Source: Candidatus Omnitrophota bacterium (GTDB taxonomy: Bacteria > Omnitrophota > Gorgyraeia > Duberdicusellales > 4484-171). From it: DNA of 64,000 nucleotides. Location: assembly GCA_043820815.1 (NCBI GenBank), contig JBDRDJ010000031.1, positions 36,015 to 100,014 on the forward strand, given 5' to 3'. Positions 59,778 to 64,000 of this stretch are shown piece by piece; the first letter of the stretch is position 1, and each line of letters begins with the position of its first letter. The position numbers were made by a program, and so were the translations under genes. The notes beneath the pieces were generated by a model. That model saw only the letters and a list, made by a program, of their open reading frames with translations, ran no database searches and had not been told where the DNA came from.

Positions 59778-59806
59778 AATTTAACAAATTAAACAAGGTA
59801 TGTCAA
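59778..59806 (-). promoter_or_regulatory. Sigma70-type promoter: TTGACA-N17-TAAATT with a TGT extended -10 and an upstream A-tract (UP-like)
   Basis: Minus strand reads ttgAAAAAAAAAAAcgaaaaagtaTTGACAtaccttgtttaattTGTTAAATTaaaat, ~50 nt upstream of the small ORF. Confidence 0.6.
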
Positions 59807-59904
59807 TACTTTTTCGTTTTTTTTTTTCAAAATTTTTTAGAAACAGCTGAAGGAAAAATCTGGAGAGAAGACTGGCGGTTAGAGAAAAAATAAAAAGTGA
59901 TTGC

Positions 59905-60291
59905 TCAACGGAGGCGCTTTGCGGTTTTCCATAGCTCCTCGAGCCTGTAATAATTTCTTTTTTCTTCTGTAAAGATATGCACGATTACATCGAAGCAATC
60001 AATTAGTAACCATTGCCGCGAATCATCTTTTTCCCAATGGTGTACAGCAATATTGTTTTCTTTACAGTTTCTAACTATTTCTTTGCATATTGCGTCTATT
60101 TGCGGCGGTGTGTCACCTGAGCAAATTATAAAATAATTTCCCAAGATAGGAAAATCTCTGACATCAAGAATTACCGGCCTCTGCGCCTGCTTGTTCTTGG
60201 CGAATTCAACTATCTTTCGGGCTTTAAGCCTGCTTTCTGAAGCTTTTCGTGGAATAGTTTCTCCTCCTAGACAAATGTTTTTAGAAATCAA
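59905..60291 (-). CDS. rsfS: Ribosome silencing factor RsfS (iojap family)
   Basis: 128 aa with ILDVRDFPILGNYFIICSGDTPPQIDAI...WLLIDCFDVIVHIFTEEKRNYYRLEELW. Confidence 0.85.
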   Translation of the reverse strand: MISKNICLGGETIPRKASESRLKARKIVEFAKNKQAQRPVILDVRDFPILGNYFIICSGDTPPQIDAICKEIVRNCKENNIAVHHWEKDDSRQWLLIDCFDVIVHIFTEEKRNYYRLEELWKTAKRLR

Positions 60292-60294
60292 ATC

Positions 60295-61080
60295 CTAAGG
60301 GGAAATAAACCCTCTAATATATTTTGTTAATAGCTTTGAAAAAGACTTTTTTCTGAAATTGCTTTCTATGAATTTAACCAGAGCGCTTCCCACAATGGCC
60401 CCGTCACAGAATGAATTTATATGTTTTAGCTGAGCTGGTTTATGAATTCCAAATCCTATGCAAACAGGGAGGTGCGTTATCGATTTAAGCTTGACGATAT
60501 TGGACTTGATTCTTTTATAATTGAGAAATTTCGGACCGGTTATTCCTGTAACCGATATATAATAAATAAACCCCCGGGATACTTTTGCGATTTTTACGGC
60601 ATTGCTGCGTTTTGTTGTAGGTGTAATAAAAAATACTGTCTCTAAATCATATTGCCTCGATTTCTTTATATAATCTCTGGCCTCATAAACCGGTAAATCT
60701 ACTACCATAATTCCCGAAGCCCCTACCTCTTTCATTTTCTTAAAGAACTTATCTTGATTATACCTATATAAAGGATTGTAGTAAGTCATTATAACTATCG
60801 GTATGTTTAGGCTGTTTTTAATGTTTTTTAAAACTTTAAAAGCCTTATCAACAGTTGCACCGTTTGCGAGCGCGATAGCACTTGCTTTCTGAATAATAGG
60901 CCCATCGGCGAGGGGATCAGAAAAAGGTATGCCTAATTCAATTATATCAACTCCCGAATCTTGCAGGGTTAAAATAATATCTCCGGTGCAGGCAGGTTTA
61001 GGAAAACCAAAAGGAACATACGCGATGAATGCTTTTCTTCCTTCTTTTTTTAATTGTTTGAATTTATCTTCTATTCGCAT
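60295..61080 (-). CDS. trpA: Tryptophan synthase alpha chain
   Basis: 261 aa with IELGIPFSDPLADGPIIQ and YISVTGITG. Confidence 0.9.
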   Translation of the reverse strand: MRIEDKFKQLKKEGRKAFIAYVPFGFPKPACTGDIILTLQDSGVDIIELGIPFSDPLADGPIIQKASAIALANGATVDKAFKVLKNIKNSLNIPIVIMTYYNPLYRYNQDKFFKKMKEVGASGIMVVDLPVYEARDYIKKSRQYDLETVFFITPTTKRSNAVKIAKVSRGFIYYISVTGITGPKFLNYKRIKSNIVKLKSITHLPVCIGFGIHKPAQLKHINSFCDGAIVGSALVKFIESNFRKKSFSKLLTKYIRGFISP

Positions 61081-61096
61081 TAGGAATTAGGGTAAC

Positions 61097-61128
61097 GGGC
61101 CGACACATCGGTCGGCCCCTACAATATT
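61097..61128 (-). repeat. REP-like element copy 4 (GTAG head plus perfect 8-bp stem)
   Basis: Minus strand reads AATATTGTAGGGGCCGACCGATGTGTCGGCCC and overlaps the trpB stop codon. Relative to copy 1 the stem carries a compensatory T:A to C:G change. Confidence 0.8.
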
Positions 61129-62308
61129 ATTTGGTATTTTTCTTGTATTCGGAGACTATGTCGAGGTCTTTATCTCCTCTTCCCGAGAGACAAAGAATAA
61201 CTAAAGCATTCTTTTTCTTAATTGCCAGTTTCTTTAGATAATAAATAGCATGGGAAGATTCTAGCGCGGGAATTATTCCCTCGGTTTCGCTCAACATATT
61301 AAAACCTAAGATAGCTTCTTTATCTTTAACCGCCGCATACTCCGCTCTGCCGATTGATTTATAAAACGCGTGCTGGGGCCCGACTCCGGGATAATCAAGG
61401 CCTGCGGCTATAGAGTGCGCATTTTTTATCTGGCCAAATTTATCCTGCAAAACAAATGATTTAGCACCATGAAGTATACCGGGCTTACCCTTAACGAGTG
61501 AAGCTGCATGAGCGCTATTTAGCCCAAATCCTCCTGCCTCAACCCCGATGAACTTAACATTTTTGTCTTTGGCAAACGGGTGGAATAGGCCCAGCGAATT
61601 ACTGCCGCCGCCGACACAGGCAACTAAATAATCGGGCAAGCGCCCCTCTTTGGAAATTATTTGCCTGCGGGATTCAATACCTATTACAGATTGAAAATCA
61701 CGCACAATTAAAGGGTAGGGATGGGGCCCTACGGTTGAGCCGATTAAATAATATGTGTCTCTTACATTAGTAACCCAATCTCTTATCGCTTCATTGCAGG
61801 CATCCTTTAATGTTTTAGAGCCGCTCTTAACAGGAATTACCCTTGCTCCGAGAATGCGCATGCGGAAAACATTCATCTTCTGCCGGGCGATATCTTCTTC
61901 ACCCATATATACATCGCAATTAAACCCGAACAAGCTTGATACCGTTGCGGTAGCGACACCGTGCTGGCCGGCTCCTGTCTCGGCAATAATACGGCGCTTA
62001 TTCATATACTTGGCTAATAATATCTGGCCTAAGGCATTATTAATTTTATGCGCACCTGTGTGCAATAAATCTTCGCGCTTAAGATATACCTTAATGCCTA
62101 GGGCATGGCTGAGCTTACGGGCATGATATAACGGTGTGGGCCGGCCTGCGTATTCGGCAAGATAATATTTAAGCTCTTTTATGAATTTCTTATCTCTCGA
62201 AGCATTGCCATATGCTTTTGTCAGCTCATCAAGACATAATGATAGCGTTTCGGGAACAAACTTTCCTCCAAAATCTCCATAATAACCTTTTTTATTAGGT
62301 ACTTTCAT
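61127..62308 (-). CDS. trpB: Tryptophan synthase beta chain
   Basis: 393 aa with [16 protein letters not shown] (PLP Lys) and GGGSN. Confidence 0.95.
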   Translation of the reverse strand: MKVPNKKGYYGDFGGKFVPETLSLCLDELTKAYGNASRDKKFIKELKYYLAEYAGRPTPLYHARKLSHALGIKVYLKREDLLHTGAHKINNALGQILLAKYMNKRRIIAETGAGQHGVATATVSSLFGFNCDVYMGEEDIARQKMNVFRMRILGARVIPVKSGSKTLKDACNEAIRDWVTNVRDTYYLIGSTVGPHPYPLIVRDFQSVIGIESRRQIISKEGRLPDYLVACVGGGSNSLGLFHPFAKDKNVKFIGVEAGGFGLNSAHAASLVKGKPGILHGAKSFVLQDKFGQIKNAHSIAAGLDYPGVGPQHAFYKSIGRAEYAAVKDKEAILGFNMLSETEGIIPALESSHAIYYLKKLAIKKKNALVILCLSGRGDKDLDIVSEYKKNTK

Positions 62309-62357
62309 AATTTCTTATCTGTAATACTAATCCTATCTGGCATGTATTTATTGATGA

Positions 62358-62996
62358 TTATCCTTTGGCTCTTTTGATAAATAGCTTCACAAGGCCGTGG
62401 TCTTTTTTGCCTACAAGATTCTCAACGCCGCTTGCAACATCCACAGCATAGGGGTTTAGATTTTTTACCGTCGAAATATTATCCGGGTTTAACCCTCCTG
62501 ATAAAATAACGCGTTTACCTTTTCCAATAATTCCTCCTATCTCTTTTAAGGCATCCATGGGAAGAATTTTTTTGCCTTTAAGTTTATCTTGAAGTTTTAC
62601 ATCAAATAAAAAACCGTCAATTCTATACGGAGATATTTTAACGGAAAACGGCATATCTTGCGGAAAAAAAGTTTTAATAACCTTATACTTTTTTGTGAAC
62701 GAATTGCAGTAAGAAGCTGTTTCTTTACCGTGGAATTGCAAAACGGACAAACCGAGACAATCTGCTGTTTCTAAAACCTTTTCTTTATCTTCATCGGCAA
62801 AAACGCCGGTTTTTGTTACAAAAGGGTCAAGGCAAGATATTATTTTCTTTGCTTCCTTAACGGTTATAAATCTGGGGCTTTTCTTAGAGAATATAAACCC
62901 TATTGCATCTGCGCCTTCTTGAGACGCAAATTGCGCATCTTCTAAATTAGTTATGCCGCATATTTTTACCTTCATCTTGATTCGTGCATCAGGCAT
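62358..62996 (-). CDS. trpF: Phosphoribosylanthranilate isomerase
   Basis: 212 aa with KVKICGITNLEDA. The start may be the internal Met at 62975. Confidence 0.85.
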   Translation of the reverse strand: MPDARIKMKVKICGITNLEDAQFASQEGADAIGFIFSKKSPRFITVKEAKKIISCLDPFVTKTGVFADEDKEKVLETADCLGLSVLQFHGKETASYCNSFTKKYKVIKTFFPQDMPFSVKISPYRIDGFLFDVKLQDKLKGKKILPMDALKEIGGIIGKGKRVILSGGLNPDNISTVKNLNPYAVDVASGVENLVGKKDHGLVKLFIKRAKG

Positions 62997-63768
62997 CGAT
63001 ATTAAGTTCTTTTATTTTCTCTTCAATATCCGGTGCCTCCATAATGGCTTTTCCTACCAATATGGCATCAACCCCCATGCCCTTAAGCAACAGTACGTCT
63101 TTGCGAGAAGAGATTCCGCTCTCGCTTACCTTAACCACATCAGAAGGAACAAAAGGTATAAGTTTCTCGGTTTTATTCAGGTCTACCTTGAGCGTGTGTA
63201 AATTACGGTTGTTTATACCTACTATGTCAACCCCTGCTTTGAGCACTTTACGAAGTTCTTTTTCGGTATGTACCTCAATCAATGCATCCATGCCCATCTC
63301 TTTAGTAAAATAATACAATCGCTGGAATTGCTCTTCTGACAAAATGCCCATTATTAGAAGCACCGCATCAGAACCTACGGCGCGTGCTTCTAAAATCTGA
63401 ACTTCATCAAGTATAAAATCCTTGCACAAAACAGGCATGGTTACAATTTTCTTTACCTCTTCTATGAAATTAAGTTTGCCCAGGAAAAACTGCTCTTCCG
63501 TGACAATCGACAATGCGTCTATTTTTAATTTATCGTATGTCTTAGCGATATCCATGTAGGAAAATTCTTTACGTAAAATACCCGTTGAAGGAGAAGCTTG
63601 CTTAATTTCCCCTATAATTGAAATTTTACCTTCTTTGCGTATCGCGTCTTTAAAAGACAAGGGGCCGGGGGCATTCTTGGCTAATGAAGCTATAGCCTCG
63701 CGGTTTTTTTTCAAAACCTCAATCTTTTTCTTTTTTGAGTCGATGATAATTGAAAGAATGTTATGCAT
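62989..63768 (-). CDS. trpC: Indole-3-glycerol phosphate synthase
   Basis: 259 aa with IIGEIKQASPS, KDFILDEVQILEARAVGSDAVLLI and GINNRNL. Confidence 0.9.
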   Translation of the reverse strand: MHNILSIIIDSKKKKIEVLKKNREAIASLAKNAPGPLSFKDAIRKEGKISIIGEIKQASPSTGILRKEFSYMDIAKTYDKLKIDALSIVTEEQFFLGKLNFIEEVKKIVTMPVLCKDFILDEVQILEARAVGSDAVLLIMGILSEEQFQRLYYFTKEMGMDALIEVHTEKELRKVLKAGVDIVGINNRNLHTLKVDLNKTEKLIPFVPSDVVKVSESGISSRKDVLLLKGMGVDAILVGKAIMEAPDIEEKIKELNIDA

Positions 63769-63786
63769 ATTATTTCGAGTTAAGAT

Positions 63787-64000
63787 TTAGATTTTACTAT
63801 CGAGAGTGTTCTTAAAATATTCGTATTTTTTATAAGCAGCCTTGCTGTCGATAAGGCTGGCTCCCATGCTTACGCCTTCTCTAAAATTCTTTACTTTCCC
63901 CAAAATGTAAAAACAACTGCTTGCGTTGGCCAGAACTATATCTCTGGCAGGGCCCTTTTGGCCTTTTAGAATATTTTTTATAATAACTGTGCTCTCTTTA
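63787..64000 (-). CDS. trpD: 3' end (70 codons) of anthranilate phosphoribosyltransferase
   Basis: Own translation: ...KESTVIIKNILKGQKGPARDIVLANASSCFYILGKVKNFREGVSMGASLIDSKAAYKKYEYFKNTLDSKI*. This is the TrpD C-terminal pattern (G..GP.RD.V.LNA...EG...A...IDSG.A). There is no start in the window. Confidence 0.75.
   Translation of the reverse strand, partial: KESTVIIKNILKGQKGPARDIVLANASSCFYILGKVKNFREGVSMGASLIDSKAAYKKYEYFKNTLDSKI

Noticed and set aside
63704-63712. A9 tract inside trpC as a possible phase-variation site
   Set aside because: The gene is intact and in frame across the tract and encodes a housekeeping enzyme. There is no alternative-frame signal like the one at 6021-6030.
1-64000. 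CRISPR arrays, restriction/defence systems, toxin-antitoxin pairs, transposases, integrases and prophage genes
   Set aside because: None of the ORF translations shows the corresponding motifs, and no spacer-repeat periodicity is visible. The only repeat families are the REP-like hairpins and the duplicated ~70-nt leader.

Overview
AT-rich bacterial chromosome segment from a diderm (LptD is present). Every credible gene lies on the minus strand. In transcription order (high to low coordinates) the window holds the 3' end of trpD, then trpC-trpF-trpB-trpA, rsfS, and a free-standing unit of promoter, strong SD, 18-codon poly-Lys ORF and terminator. These are followed by ribE, tRNA-Pro(CGG), a ROK glucokinase and lptD. 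From ~55.4 kb down to position 1 there is an uninterrupted ~55 kb surface-glycan locus of about 50 genes. Its contents are:
- nucleotide-sugar precursor genes: ugd, a UDP-HexNAc dehydrogenase with a 4-epimerase, UDP-xylose synthase, a PMI-type cupin, a MarR-type EPS regulator and fcl;
- a legionaminic-acid-type nonulosonic acid pathway with an acetamidino-forming amidotransferase;
- a second NeuB/NeuA route with a SAF-less synthase;
- a cassette with a KdsB-family gene and an HpcH-family aldolase;
- a CDP-hexose branch (rfbF/rfbG);
- four cobalamin-domain (class B) and two twitch/SPASM-like radical SAM enzymes;
- three SAM methyltransferase domains;
- two Dpm1-like GT2s plus a GT-C-like membrane protein;
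- an MsbA/PglK-like ABC exporter and the start of a second one;
- a Wzy_C-family protein;
- three orphan proteins of 660-700 aa, two of which carry an HP...SS motif pattern like CMP-sugar (sialyl/Kdo) transferases.
The non-coding features are a GTAG-headed palindromic REP-like repeat family (4 copies, one compensatory stem change), a ~70-nt duplicated leader plus N-terminal-codon segment, a consensus promoter placed for a leaderless regulator mRNA, and an A10 tract at a same-frame GT4/methyltransferase junction. I saw no mobile elements, CRISPR arrays or recognisable defence genes. All functional calls come from reading motifs in the supplied translations; no database search was possible.
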